Shown one piece after another: positions 30,467 to 40,824 of a DNA stretch of 64,000 nt. Position 1 is the stretch's first letter. Every line of letters starts with the position of its first letter. Location: NCBI GenBank assembly GCA_963777315.1, contig CAVZQC010000002.1, forward strand, positions 704,001-768,000, given 5' to 3'. Source of the DNA: Vulcanimicrobiota bacterium. GTDB taxonomy: Bacteria > Vulcanimicrobiota > Vulcanimicrobiia > Vulcanimicrobiales > Vulcanimicrobiaceae. The translations under genes were made by a program, and so were the position numbers. The notes under the pieces were generated by a model. It had not been told where the DNA came from and ran no database searches. It saw only the letters and a program-made list of their open reading frames with translations.

Positions 30467-31228
30467 ATGTTTTCTACCATCAGCTCTTTGACCGGTCGCG
30501 TGGGCATCGTGACGGGCGGCGCGCGCGGGATCGGCGGCGCCATTACGACCAGCCTGGTTGCGGACGGTGCAAAAGTGGCCGTAATCGGACTGCAAGCCGA
30601 TCGGGACCGCACTGAGCGGCTGCGCGCAAGCCTCAACGGAACGGCCAAAAGCGTCGCTTTTTACGAAGGCAACGTCGGCGAATACGAGGCGTGCCGCCTA
30701 GCCGTGCAGACCATTGCACGAGAGCACGGGCGAATCGACTTTTTGGTGAACAACGCCGGAATAACCGCGGACCACACAGTTCGCAAGATGACGATCGAAG
30801 AATGGAACGCGGTCCTGCAGGTCAATCTGTCAGGGCCGTTTTTCATGATAAAGGCCGTGCTGGATCGGATGATCGAGCAGAATTACGGGCGCATCGTGAA
30901 CATCAGCTCGGTCGTCGGCTTGAGCGGCAACATCGGACAGGCGAATTACGCTGCGGCCAAAGCCGGCCTAATCGGCCTGACGAAAACGGTCGCGCTCGAG
31001 GTGGCGCAAAAAGGCATCACGGTAAACGCGGTTGCGCCCGGCTTCATCAACACCGACATGGTCGCTGCAATGCCGCAAACGGCTATCGAGGCCGCCACCG
31101 CGCGCACGCCGCTGCGGCGCTTGGGCCAGCCGGCAGAAATTGCGCGCATGGTGCGTTTTCTGATCGACGACGCCAGCGGCTACATCACCGGTTCCGTGCT
31201 CAACGTCAACGGAGGCATGTACATGTAA
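30467..31228 (+). CDS. phaB: Second acetoacetyl-CoA reductase paralog (SDR)
   Basis: TGGARGIG, NNAGIT, GQANYAAAK, VNGGMYM; stop overlaps the phaC start. Confidence 0.8.
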   Translation: MFSTISSLTGRVGIVTGGARGIGGAITTSLVADGAKVAVIGLQADRDRTERLRASLNGTAKSVAFYEGNVGEYEACRLAVQTIAREHGRIDFLVNNAGITADHTVRKMTIEEWNAVLQVNLSGPFFMIKAVLDRMIEQNYGRIVNISSVVGLSGNIGQANYAAAKAGLIGLTKTVALEVAQKGITVNAVAPGFINTDMVAAMPQTAIEAATARTPLRRLGQPAEIARMVRFLIDDASGYITGSVLNVNGGMYM

Positions 31229-32979
31229 TGGCCGCGACCATGGCGCCTGAAGATCTGCAATACGGACTGGACGTGACCGCGCTCGACCCGGCTTCGCTGG
31301 GCGATGCGCTGCGCGCAGTCGTAACCGACGCCATGGCCGATCCAACCCGGATGGCGATGTGGATGGCGAACCTCTCGCTCGCGCAGCAAGCCGTAGGGCT
31401 CAACGTACTTCGGCGCATGGGCGGCGAACAGGTCGAGCCAGCCGCGCCGGCTTCCGGCGATAAACGCTTCGCCGACGCGGCGTGGAAAAGCAATCCGCTG
31501 CTGGCGGGGATGCTCGAAGATTACATCGCGCGATCCAAAGCCGCCGCGGCTTTAGTGGAAACCTCACGATTGCCCGACGCCACCAAACGCAAAGCCCGCT
31601 TTGCCATGCAACTGCTCAACGACGCGCTCGCGCCGAGTAACGTGCCGTGGCTCAACCCCGCAGTGGTCAAGGAAGCGATGGACACCGGCGGAGCCAGCCT
31701 GCTGCGAGGCATGCAGAACTTCATGGAAGACGTGAAAGAGAACCGCGGGATGCCGCGGCAAGTCGACTCGTCGGGACATAAGCTCGGAGTCAACCTCGCC
31801 GCGACGCCGGGCCGCATCGTCTTTCGCAACGAGCTGATCGAATTGATCGCGTACGAACCGCAAACGCCCAAAGTCCACGCGATTCCGCTGCTGTGCAGCC
31901 CGCCGTGGATCAACAAGTACTACATCATGGATCTCGCGCCGAAGCGCTCGTTCATCGAGTGGGCGGTTCGCCACGGTCATCAGACGTTTGCGATCAGTTA
32001 CCGCAATCCCGATGCCTCGATGCGCGATTTTCTGATGGACGATTACCTTCGGCTCGGTTTGCTCGCAGCCTTGGATGCCGTCGAGCGCATCACCGGCAGC
32101 GCCAAGACGAACGTTGCCGCGCTGTGCCTGGGCGGCACGCTCGCGCTGATTTTTTTGGCATATCTTGCCGCGCACGGGCAAGAACATCGCATCGGCAGCG
32201 CGACGCTGACCAATTCCCTGATCGATTTTTCCGAACCCGGAGATTTGGGCGTGTTTACCGACGAATCGACCATCGCCCGTTTGGAAACGCGCATGCAGCA
32301 GCGTGGGTATCTGGACTCGAGCGAAATGGCCGGAACGTTCGACTGGATGCGGTCGAACGATTTGATCTGGAGCTACGTCGTCAACAACTGGTTCATGGGA
32401 AAACGCCCGCCCGCATTCGACATCCTGACGTGGAACGGCGACTCGACGCGCATGCCGGCCGCCATGCACTCTCAATATCTGCGCGCCTGTTATCTCCACA
32501 ACTCGATCGCTTCACCGGGCAAATTCGTCATCGACGGAACGCCGATCGATTTAGGCGCGATTCGCGCGCCGCTCTACGTGCTGGGCGCAGAAGCGGATCA
32601 CATCGCGCCTTGGCGTTCGACGTATCGCACCGTCAATTTGACCGGCAGCGATCACGTCAAGTACACGCTGACCAATTCCGGGCATATCGCCGGCATCGTC
32701 AATCCGCCCGGCAATCCCAAATCGAAACACTGGACGAAAGATCGCGCCCTTCGCACGCAAAGCGCGGACGAATGGCGTGAGTCGGCTGAGCGCGTCGACG
32801 ACAGTTGGTGGAACGACTGGGCAGCGTGGGCGCAGGAAAGAGGCGGCGAGGCTGTCTCACCGTACGAGCTTCCTTCCGGTGAGCCGGCGCCGGGGCGCTA
32901 CGTGCGCAATGAGACGGGACCCGCCTACGATCCGATCGACCGGCAGCTCCGAAAGAAAGCCGCGGCCGATGAGCCGTAA
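31228..32979 (+). CDS. phaC: Polyhydroxyalkanoate synthase (class I/II size)
   Basis: DKRFAD, PPWINKYYIMDL, lipase-box ALCLGG, DHIAPW and SGHIAG (Cys-Asp-His triad). Confidence 0.95.
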   Translation: MAATMAPEDLQYGLDVTALDPASLGDALRAVVTDAMADPTRMAMWMANLSLAQQAVGLNVLRRMGGEQVEPAAPASGDKRFADAAWKSNPLLAGMLEDYIARSKAAAALVETSRLPDATKRKARFAMQLLNDALAPSNVPWLNPAVVKEAMDTGGASLLRGMQNFMEDVKENRGMPRQVDSSGHKLGVNLAATPGRIVFRNELIELIAYEPQTPKVHAIPLLCSPPWINKYYIMDLAPKRSFIEWAVRHGHQTFAISYRNPDASMRDFLMDDYLRLGLLAALDAVERITGSAKTNVAALCLGGTLALIFLAYLAAHGQEHRIGSATLTNSLIDFSEPGDLGVFTDESTIARLETRMQQRGYLDSSEMAGTFDWMRSNDLIWSYVVNNWFMGKRPPAFDILTWNGDSTRMPAAMHSQYLRACYLHNSIASPGKFVIDGTPIDLGAIRAPLYVLGAEADHIAPWRSTYRTVNLTGSDHVKYTLTNSGHIAGIVNPPGNPKSKHWTKDRALRTQSADEWRESAERVDDSWWNDWAAWAQERGGEAVSPYELPSGEPAPGRYVRNETGPAYDPIDRQLRKKAAADEP

Positions 32980-33322
32980 CGAAAAAGCCTGGAACGCGCT
33001 CGGCGAGTTCATCAAGAGCCAGCGCGAGCTGGCCAACCTGTCCCTGCGGCAGCTGGCCGAAATCGCCAACGTCTCCAACCCCTACCTGGGACAGGTGGAA
33101 CGGGGCCTGTACAAGCCCTCGGCCGACGTACTCAAAAACATCGCGAACGCGCTGCAGATTTCGGCCGAAACGATGTACGCTCAGGCGGGATTGCTCGACG
33201 AAGACTCCAAGGTGCCGCCCGGTCGTGACGTTGAGCAGGCAATTAGGCTCGACTCCAATCTGAGCACGGATCAGAAGGACACGCTCATTCGGATCTACCG
33301 TGGCTTCCTCGACCGCACTTGA
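32969..33322 (+). CDS. Xre-family HTH regulator
   Basis: LGEFIKSQRELANLSLRQLAEIANVSNPYLGQVERG; overlaps the end of phaC. Confidence 0.9.
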   Translation: MSRNEKAWNALGEFIKSQRELANLSLRQLAEIANVSNPYLGQVERGLYKPSADVLKNIANALQISAETMYAQAGLLDEDSKVPPGRDVEQAIRLDSNLSTDQKDTLIRIYRGFLDRT

Positions 33323-33384
33323 CGTATACAGCATGTGCTTGGTATACTTAGCGCATCCCAATCCGCCGAGAAAGTACGAGACGC

Positions 33385-33681
33385 ATGACCACCGATTTCG
33401 ACCAGTTCATCAACAAATTCCAAGACGAAACCCTCAAGGCCGTCAAGCAGGCCCAGGACACGAACGTGGCCGCCCTTGCGCAGGCGCGCGAGCTCTTCGC
33501 CGAGATGGCGACCTTCGACAAGGTCCCGACGCTCGAAAGCCTTCCGACGCCCTCCAAATTCGTCGAAATGAGCTTCGATTATGCCGGCAAGTTCTTCGAG
33601 CTGCGCAAGCAGTACGCGCTGGCGGTGACCGATCTGTTCACCGCAGTTCAAAAGGATGCGGCCGCTACCGTTCGCGGTTAA
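33385..33681 (+). CDS. Small amphipathic helical protein, putative phasin/granule-associated protein
   Basis: 98 aa, helical, highly biased codon usage, downstream of phaC; function inferred from context. Confidence 0.65.
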   Translation: MTTDFDQFINKFQDETLKAVKQAQDTNVAALAQARELFAEMATFDKVPTLESLPTPSKFVEMSFDYAGKFFELRKQYALAVTDLFTAVQKDAAATVRG

Positions 33682-33705
33682 GAGCTAGCACTATCGCGGC
33701 AGGCG

Positions 33706-35807
33706 ATGCCGCGTAAGCTGCGACTTGGCATCGACGTCGGTGGAACGTTCACCGACGTCGTCGCCATCGACTCGCAGACTCGCGGCGTCGTCGCCCGTAT
33801 CAAAGTTCCCACCACCCATTCGGCCGCCGAAGGCGTTGCAGCCGGCATCATTGTCGGTATCGAGGCGCTGTTTGCGCAAAACGACATTGCGCCCGACGAA
33901 GTTGGCTTCATCGCGCATTCGACGACGCAAGCCACCAATGCATTGCTGGAAGGCGACGTTGCGTTCGTCGGCGTGCTCGGATTACTCGATCGGTTTGCGC
34001 CGCTGGCGCGCGCTCGGATGCACTTTCCGCGCGTATTCCTCGCGCCCGGCGTCCCCTTTGAGACGCGCTTTGCGTTCGTGCGTGCAGGCAGCGCCGCCGC
34101 AGCGCAGGCGGCAATTGCGTCGCTCGCTCAGGCCGGCGTGCAGGCCGTCGCAGTGTCCCAAGCTTTTTCCGTCGACCGTCCCGATGCAGGAGCTGAAGGC
34201 CGTGGCGCAAGCGCGCGCGCTGGGACTGTACGCTGCCGCGGGACATGAAGTCAGACTCGATGTATGGGTTGCGCGCGCGAACGCGAACCGCCGCGCTGAA
34301 CGCCGCGATCCTGCCGCGCATGGTAAAAACCGCGCGCATGACCGACGACGCCGTCAAGCGCGCCGGGATCGAAGCGCCGTTGATGGTCATGCGCAGCGAC
34401 GGCGGCGTGATGGACCTGCGCGAAATCGAGCGCCGTCCGATTCTCACGATGCTCTCGGGTCCGGCCGCCGGCGTGGCCGGCGCGTTACTGCACGAAAACG
34501 TTACGGACGGAATCTTCGTCGAGGTCGGCGGCACGAGCTCGGATTGCTCGGCAATCCGCGCCGGCATGCCGCAGATGCGCCCCGCCCGCGTCGGCGGCCA
34601 TCGTACGATGCTGCGAACGTTGGACGTACGCACCTTGGCGATCGCCGGCGGCAGCATGCTGCGCATAGGCGGCTCGGCCATTATCGACGTAGGACCGCGT
34701 TCGGCGCACATTGCCGGCCTCAAGTATGCGAGCTTCGTGCCCGCCGAGCTCTTCGACGGCGCGCGCGTCGAGCGTATCGCACCCACGCATCGCGACCCAT
34801 CCGATTATGCAGCGATCGTTGCGCGTGATGGGACGCGCATCGCGCTCACGCCCACGTGCGCTGCGAATATGCTGGACTGCGCGCCGGAGGGATCGTTCGC
34901 GCGGGGCAACCCCGAGTCCGCACGGCGCGGGTTTATCGTTTTAGCGCAACATCTGCGGGCGGACGCAAACGAGCTCGCGCGTCGAACGCTGGATGTTGCA
35001 ACCACGAAACTGATTGCGGCCGTCGAGGAACTGATCGCGGACTACGGCCTGGATCGCCGCACGCTCGTGGTGGTCGGGGGCGGAGGTGGCGCCGCCGCGC
35101 TCGTGCCTTACGCCGCCCAAAAAACCGGCCTGGAGTTTCGGCTCGCTCGCGACGCCGAGGTGATTTCGCCAATCGGCGTAGCGCTCGCGCTGCTGCGCGA
35201 GGTCGTCGAACGCACAATAGTCGATCCGTCGGCAGAAGACATCATGCGCATCCGCCGCCGCGCTCAGGACGCCGTAATCGCAGCCGGCGCATCGCCGGAG
35301 CGCGTCGAGGTCGCGGTTGAAATCGACGTCCACCGCAATCTGGTGCGAGCCGAAGCATCCGGCGCAGTGGAGATCGCGCAGACTGCCGCGCAAACCGCGC
35401 AAACCGACGAACAACTGCTGCACAGCGCGGCGCGTTTGCTGCGCGGCGAGGTTGGAACCGTCAGACGGGTAGCGGCGACCGACGCTCTGAGCGTTTTCAA
35501 ACGCGCGCGTGACGTGCGCGTGCTCGATCGCACCGGTGTGGGCCGGTTGTCGCTGCGCGATCCGCTGGTCTGCCAAACGTCCGCCGGCGCGGCGCTGGAG
35601 TCGCTGCGGCAAGCCGTCGAAGACGCAACCGCGTTCGGCGACGTCGGGCGATCGCTTCCGGGCATCTACGTGCTGCACGGCGCGCGCATCGCGGATTTCA
35701 GCGGGCTGGCCGCTGCCGATCAAGCAATTGCGCTGGCCTCCGAAGAGCTCCAAGGTCGCGAATCCGAAGCTCCAGTAGTGATTTTGACCGCTTCGCGCCC
35801 GGCGTAA
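33706..35807 (+). CDS. Hydantoinase/oxoprolinase family ATPase with two 1-nt frameshifts (near 34188 and 34253)
   Basis: GIDVGGTFTD, HSTTQATNALLE, LSGPAAG and EVGGTS. The bridging segment ELKAVAQARALGLYAAAGHEV is in the third frame. Removing 2 nt gives one 699-aa ORF. Confidence 0.87.
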
Positions 35808-35861
35808 CTTCTCACCGAACCGCAGAGGCTGCGGCTGCGTCGTGCTCGATGCGAAAAACCC

Positions 35862-36782
35862 TTAGGTAGTCAAGTACTCGGCGCGAAAGGCCGCCGCGAT
35901 CTCGCGAACGATCCTGTGATCGTTGGGAATGCTTAGCCTTCGGGCAGGCCCTGTCGGCGTGTTGTTGCAGTCGCAAACGTACAGCCGCCCATCCGTGGGA
36001 TCGCGCAGGACGTCCAAGGCTCCAAAATCTAGACCCATGCGGTCGCAAAAAGCGCTCAGCAGTTCCTGCTCCCGGCGGCTGAACGTTTCGTTCAGCGACG
36101 CCATCTCGGGACGTTTGAATATCCGGAAACGATCGTCGGCCGGCGCGTACGCGCCAAATACCGCAACCGGTTTGCCGCCGACGATGAACAGGCGCCATTC
36201 CAGGATGCCGCCGGGCGTGTAATTTGAGATCACCCGCTGATACACATAGCCGGGTTCGACCTGGCTGAGCGGTCCTTCGAGCAGCACGCCGTCGTGCGTA
36301 CCGTTGCGCTCGGACTTGCGAAATATCGTACCGGCGTATGTCGCGGGATCGATCTGCAGACCGTAGCCGAAGACTGCGCGGAACTGCTCGTCGACCACGG
36401 ACTTGCGGATGTCGGTGCAGCGCGCGTTGAGAACGCGCATGTGCTTGCGCAGATCGTGCAGGACCGGGTCGAGCGAACAGCTCGTGGCCGGACTCCAGGC
36501 GATGGCGAGAGCAGCTTTCTCCGGCTCCCTGCCGGAAACGCGCAAGTCGCAGGCGGCGAAGACTTTCCAGGCGACATACACGTCGGCAGCCTGATAGTAG
36601 TCCATCGGCAGCGGGTGCACGAAGATCGTGCTCGGGCGCCGGAACGCCGCGCGCACCAAAAACGGCACCCTGTAGACGAAGAATGCGCGCGCACGCAGTC
36701 TGGTCTCGCGCGCGAGCGGCACGAGAAACGCGCGGCTGGTGTATTTTTTCGGATTGCGAACCAGCTTGAGAAGCCGGATCAC
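35862..36782 (-). CDS. Hypothetical protein with ATP-grasp-like C-terminal domain
   Basis: KSERNGTHDG, YVYQRVI, EWRLFIVG, GLDFGALDVLRD...YVCDCNNTP. Confidence 0.7.
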   Translation of the reverse strand: MIRLLKLVRNPKKYTSRAFLVPLARETRLRARAFFVYRVPFLVRAAFRRPSTIFVHPLPMDYYQAADVYVAWKVFAACDLRVSGREPEKAALAIAWSPATSCSLDPVLHDLRKHMRVLNARCTDIRKSVVDEQFRAVFGYGLQIDPATYAGTIFRKSERNGTHDGVLLEGPLSQVEPGYVYQRVISNYTPGGILEWRLFIVGGKPVAVFGAYAPADDRFRIFKRPEMASLNETFSRREQELLSAFCDRMGLDFGALDVLRDPTDGRLYVCDCNNTPTGPARRLSIPNDHRIVREIAAAFRAEYLTT

Positions 36783-36788
36783 GAAGCG

Positions 36789-38324
36789 CTAATTCACTCG
36801 CGGTTGGACCGGGGCCAGTCCTTCGGTGGCTTGAAGCGCTACGGTGCTCTTGCGCCGCCCGTATGCAAAGTAGAAGACCAGTCCGACGACGAGCCAGATG
36901 AGGAACACCAGCCAAACGAACGGGAAGAATCCCCACGCCAGCGGGTTGTAGTATCTCAGGAAGTACATCAGACCGAGCGCGGTGAGCGCGGCCAGCACGG
37001 GGACGACGTAGGGCCCCAGAGGAACGGTAAACGCGCCCTTCAGGTCGGGATGCCGCTTGCGCAGCACCGGCACGGCGATCGAGACCAGCACGAAAGCGGC
37101 CAGCGTGCCCATGTTGGTGACCGAACCAAGGATGTTGATTGGCGTGAGCGCTGCAATCACGGCGATGCAGATTCCAAAGAAAACGGTCGAGAAAATCGGC
37201 GTGCGCCACGTCGGGTGCACTTTTGTGAACGATGGGGGAATCAATTTGTCGCGCGACATCGCGAAGAAGATGCGGCTTTGTCCGAACATCATGACCAGGA
37301 GCACCGTCGTTAGGCCGGCTAGAGCTCCGAACGAGATGATGGCGGATGCGGTCGGCCCCCACGTAAGTCCCATTCGCAGCGCCGCATCGGCGACCGGATT
37401 GGTGACGTTGAGCGTGTAGTACGGGACCACGCCATTGAGTACCGCAACGACTATGATGTACAGTATCGTGCAGATCCCTAAGCTCATTAGGATGCCGAAC
37501 GGGAGATCCCGGCCCGGATTTTTCGCTTCCTCGGCGGTAGTTGAAACAGCGTCGAAACCGATGTACGCGAAGAAAATAAATGCCGCTCCAGCGAACACGC
37601 CGCCTACGCCGAACGGAAAATACCCACCAAGGTCCATCCCGTTTCCGGTCGGGAGCTCATGCGGCGGCAGCGCATAGTTGATGCCGTGGATGTGGCCGGC
37701 CCCAATCGCGATAAAAAACAGCACGATGCAGATTTTAATCGCTACGATGACGGCGTTGACCGCTCCGGACTCCCGCGTCCCGCGCACGAGCAGCGCCGTT
37801 ACGATCAGGATGATAATCGCTGCCGGAAGATTTGCGTGTCCCGCTACCCCCGCTTGTCCTGCCAGCCCCCAGTGCGGTCCATTCGCCCACTGCGTGGGAA
37901 TGTGCCAGCCGAGCACACCGGCAAGGCTGGCAAAGTACCCGCTCCAGCCGACGCTTACGGTGGCCGCGCCGAGCGCATATTCCAGCACCAGATCCCAGCC
38001 GATGATCCATGCCAGAATTTCGCCCAGCGTGGCGTACGTGTACGTATACGCGCTGCCCGAGATCGGGATCTTGCTGGAAACTTCGGCATAGCATAGCGCG
38101 GCGAGCGCGCTCACGATGCCGGCGACCACGAAAGAAATCGTGAGCGCTGGACCCGCGCGAGTCGCCGATGCGACGCCGGTGAGCACGAAGATGCCGGTGC
38201 CGATGATGGCGCCGATGCCCATGGCGGTCAGCGCCCACGGTCCGAGCGAACGTCGTAAACCATGTTGTTCGTCGCTGCCCTCGGCGAGGATTCGCGAGAG
38301 CGGTTTCACACGTTGTAGCAGCAT
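36789..38324 (-). CDS. APC-family amino acid permease (cationic amino acid transporter-like)
   Basis: GAIIGTGIF, GSAYTY, FFAYIGFD; multiple TM helices. Confidence 0.93.
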   Translation of the reverse strand: MLLQRVKPLSRILAEGSDEQHGLRRSLGPWALTAMGIGAIIGTGIFVLTGVASATRAGPALTISFVVAGIVSALAALCYAEVSSKIPISGSAYTYTYATLGEILAWIIGWDLVLEYALGAATVSVGWSGYFASLAGVLGWHIPTQWANGPHWGLAGQAGVAGHANLPAAIIILIVTALLVRGTRESGAVNAVIVAIKICIVLFFIAIGAGHIHGINYALPPHELPTGNGMDLGGYFPFGVGGVFAGAAFIFFAYIGFDAVSTTAEEAKNPGRDLPFGILMSLGICTILYIIVVAVLNGVVPYYTLNVTNPVADAALRMGLTWGPTASAIISFGALAGLTTVLLVMMFGQSRIFFAMSRDKLIPPSFTKVHPTWRTPIFSTVFFGICIAVIAALTPINILGSVTNMGTLAAFVLVSIAVPVLRKRHPDLKGAFTVPLGPYVVPVLAALTALGLMYFLRYYNPLAWGFFPFVWLVFLIWLVVGLVFYFAYGRRKSTVALQATEGLAPVQPRVN

Positions 38325-38371
38325 GTAAGGAACGGGAATTTACCGTCGCCGGTCGTCTCCCTGGTCGGCGC

Positions 38372-39088
38372 TCATTCCGGACGTGAAAATGCCACGTACA
38401 ACCCGCGCCCGGGCGTGAGGCCGTTCTCGTCGTAGTCGAAAAACAAGCGCGCCCGCCGAAACGCCTCGCGGTACTCCTCGTCGTTGAACAGCGTCAGGCG
38501 ATGGGGCTCGGTGAACGTGCGGATGCCGTCGCGCGAGGCAATCATATAATGAAAGTTCAAGATCGAGATGTTTCCGTCGCGCCGGGCCACGCTCATGCGC
38601 GCGACCTTGAGGTCGTTTTCATCGACGAACAGCGCGTTGACCTGGCCGTCCTTCCAGTCTTCGGGACGCACCCACGGCTCGATGATCACCACGCCTCCCG
38701 GACGCAGATGCCGGGCGAAGGTTTGCAGCGCCTGCTGCAGCCTCTGCACGTTGGGCGCATAGCCGATGGAGCCGAACAAGCAAATGACGGCGTCGAAACG
38801 ATTGGCCAAATTGAAACCGATCATGTCGCCCAAATGAAACGTCACGCCGGGGTTTCGCTCGCGCGCCAAGTCCAACATCGTACGGTCGACGTCGAGGCCT
38901 TCGCACGCGTAACGATCGCTCAGCGCTTCGATGTGCCGGCCGGTACCGCAACCGACGTCGAGCAATGCGTTTCCACCCGAGCGGCAACGCTCGGAGATGA
39001 TGCGATCGATCCGCGCGGCTTCCTGTTCGTACTGTTTGCCGAGCGCGCGATAGAGCGAATCATAATATTTTGCCGATTGACTGTACAT
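38372..39088 (-). CDS. Class I SAM-dependent methyltransferase (TylM1/DesVI-like)
   Basis: LLDVGCGTGRH, GDM, CLFGSIGY and IIEPW; start could also be 39097. Confidence 0.85.
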   Translation of the reverse strand: MYSQSAKYYDSLYRALGKQYEQEAARIDRIISERCRSGGNALLDVGCGTGRHIEALSDRYACEGLDVDRTMLDLARERNPGVTFHLGDMIGFNLANRFDAVICLFGSIGYAPNVQRLQQALQTFARHLRPGGVVIIEPWVRPEDWKDGQVNALFVDENDLKVARMSVARRDGNISILNFHYMIASRDGIRTFTEPHRLTLFNDEEYREAFRRARLFFDYDENGLTPGRGLYVAFSRPE

Positions 39089-39173
39089 CTGCAGCATTTC
39101 CTTTTGGCTCCGAGCACGGGGAGCCTGCGAAACGCGGGCCGGACAAGTGCCATGCGCGTCGAACCGCCGCAGC

Positions 39174-40517
39174 ATGAAATCTCAGTTCGACGCGATCGTC
39201 GTCGGCGGCGGAAACGCCGGATGTGCCGCAGCACTGGCCGCAGCGCGCCGCGGAGCGCGAACGTTGCTCGTCGAGCGCTACGGTTTTTTGGGCGGGACCG
39301 CGACCGCGGCGATGGTCGGGCCTTGGATGACGTTTCACTCAGGGAGCAAGCGCATTGTCGGGGGAATCGCCAACGAAATCGTCGAGCGCCTGCAGCGCAA
39401 AGGCGGATCGCCCGGACACATCTACGATTCGTCGGATTACGTTTCCACGATTACGCCGTTCGATCCGGAAATCCACAAAGCGCTGCTGTTCGAGATGATG
39501 CAGGAGTCCGGCGTCGAGCTACTGCTGCACGCGTACTTCCTGCGTGCGCTCAGCGTGCAGGCCGGCGAAGTGGCGGGCGCCGTGTTTGCCACCGTCGCCG
39601 GCGAGCGCGAGTATCGTGCCGCCGTCACGATCGATGCGACGGCTGATGCGTACGTCGCTGCGTCGGCCGGCGTCGCCACTCAGCAAGGCGACGAGCGCGG
39701 ACGGGTTCAGCCGGCCAGCTTGATGTTTCGTTTGAGCCACGTCGATCTGCAAAAGACGGCGACGTACGTTCGTATGCATCCCGATCAGATGCGCACGTCG
39801 CTCAAAACGCACGAGCGTACGGCGACTTCCCTTACGGCGGTCGCCGGACTGTACGACCTCTGGCATGGCGCGCTCGAAGAGGGTGAAGTGAACGTTCCGC
39901 GCGAGCTGGTGTCGTTCTTCATCACTCCGTATGCGGATGAAGTAACGGTGAACATGACGCGCGTGACCGGCATCGATCCGCTCGATCCCGACGATCTCAC
40001 GCGCGCGGAGATCGAGTCGCGCATGCAGGTCATGCAGTTGCTGGAGTTTTTTCGCAAACGCGTGCCGGGCTTCGAAGACGCGCGGCTGGCCGCCACCGGC
40101 ACTCAGGTGGGGATTCGCGAATCGCGCCGCATCGTGGGCGAGTACACGCTCACGCGTGACGACGTACTGCAGGCGCGCCATTTCGACGATGCCGTTGCGC
40201 GCAGCGCCTATCCGATCGACATTCACAATCCCGCGGGCAGCGGCACCGCCACGCATCGCTTGCCGCCCGGTGAAAGTTATGAGATACCCTACCGGTGTCT
40301 GGTTCCCCGAACCGTCGAACGGCTTTTGGTCGCCGGGCGCTGCATCTCGACGACCCACGAAGCGCTTGCATCGACGCGCCTGACGCCGACGGTGATGACG
40401 CTCGGCCAAGCCGCCGGAACCGCTGCCGCCCTCGCGCTGAAAACTCGCAGAGCAGTGCGCGCTATCGATACCGGGCTGCTGCGCGATGCGCTCGCTGCCG
40501 ACGGTGTGCTGCTGTAG
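39174..40517 (+). CDS. FAD-dependent oxidoreductase
   Basis: VVGGGNAG Rossmann motif, DATADA, GIRESRRI, IPYRCL, VAGRCIS. Confidence 0.9.
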   Translation: MKSQFDAIVVGGGNAGCAAALAAARRGARTLLVERYGFLGGTATAAMVGPWMTFHSGSKRIVGGIANEIVERLQRKGGSPGHIYDSSDYVSTITPFDPEIHKALLFEMMQESGVELLLHAYFLRALSVQAGEVAGAVFATVAGEREYRAAVTIDATADAYVAASAGVATQQGDERGRVQPASLMFRLSHVDLQKTATYVRMHPDQMRTSLKTHERTATSLTAVAGLYDLWHGALEEGEVNVPRELVSFFITPYADEVTVNMTRVTGIDPLDPDDLTRAEIESRMQVMQLLEFFRKRVPGFEDARLAATGTQVGIRESRRIVGEYTLTRDDVLQARHFDDAVARSAYPIDIHNPAGSGTATHRLPPGESYEIPYRCLVPRTVERLLVAGRCISTTHEALASTRLTPTVMTLGQAAGTAAALALKTRRAVRAIDTGLLRDALAADGVLL

Positions 40518-40823
40518 ATGACTTCGCCGTTCGAACTGGCGCAGCGTTACGGCATCGAGGTAAGCTATGCCGATTTGGGCGACTGGGGCGCACACGAGCT
40601 GCGCTCGGAATACGATCCCGGCGGTTCGAGCGGTCCGGTGATTCGCATCAACGTGCGAGTCGTCGCTCGACTTTCACCCAGCCGAGCTGCATGGTTTTGC
40701 GCGATCGCCGTTGCGCACGAGCTGTATCATCATCGCGAACACTTGGGTGAAGTCCCGACCTACGCTCGCCGTACGGATCGCGAGCGCGCGGCCGACGAGT
40801 TCGCGAGATCGCTGGTGCGCTAA
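40518..40823 (+). CDS. Small HExxH protein (ImmA/IrrE-like)
   Basis: VAHELYH followed by ERAADEFA; sits between two genes with 0-1 nt gaps. Confidence 0.7.
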   Translation: MTSPFELAQRYGIEVSYADLGDWGAHELRSEYDPGGSSGPVIRINVRVVARLSPSRAAWFCAIAVAHELYHHREHLGEVPTYARRTDRERAADEFARSLVR

Positions 40824-40824
40824 T

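Noticed and set aside
33706..35807. Two separate hydantoinase subunit genes, as in the ORF track
   Set aside because: A bridging peptide in the third frame shows a single gene with two 1-nt insertions.
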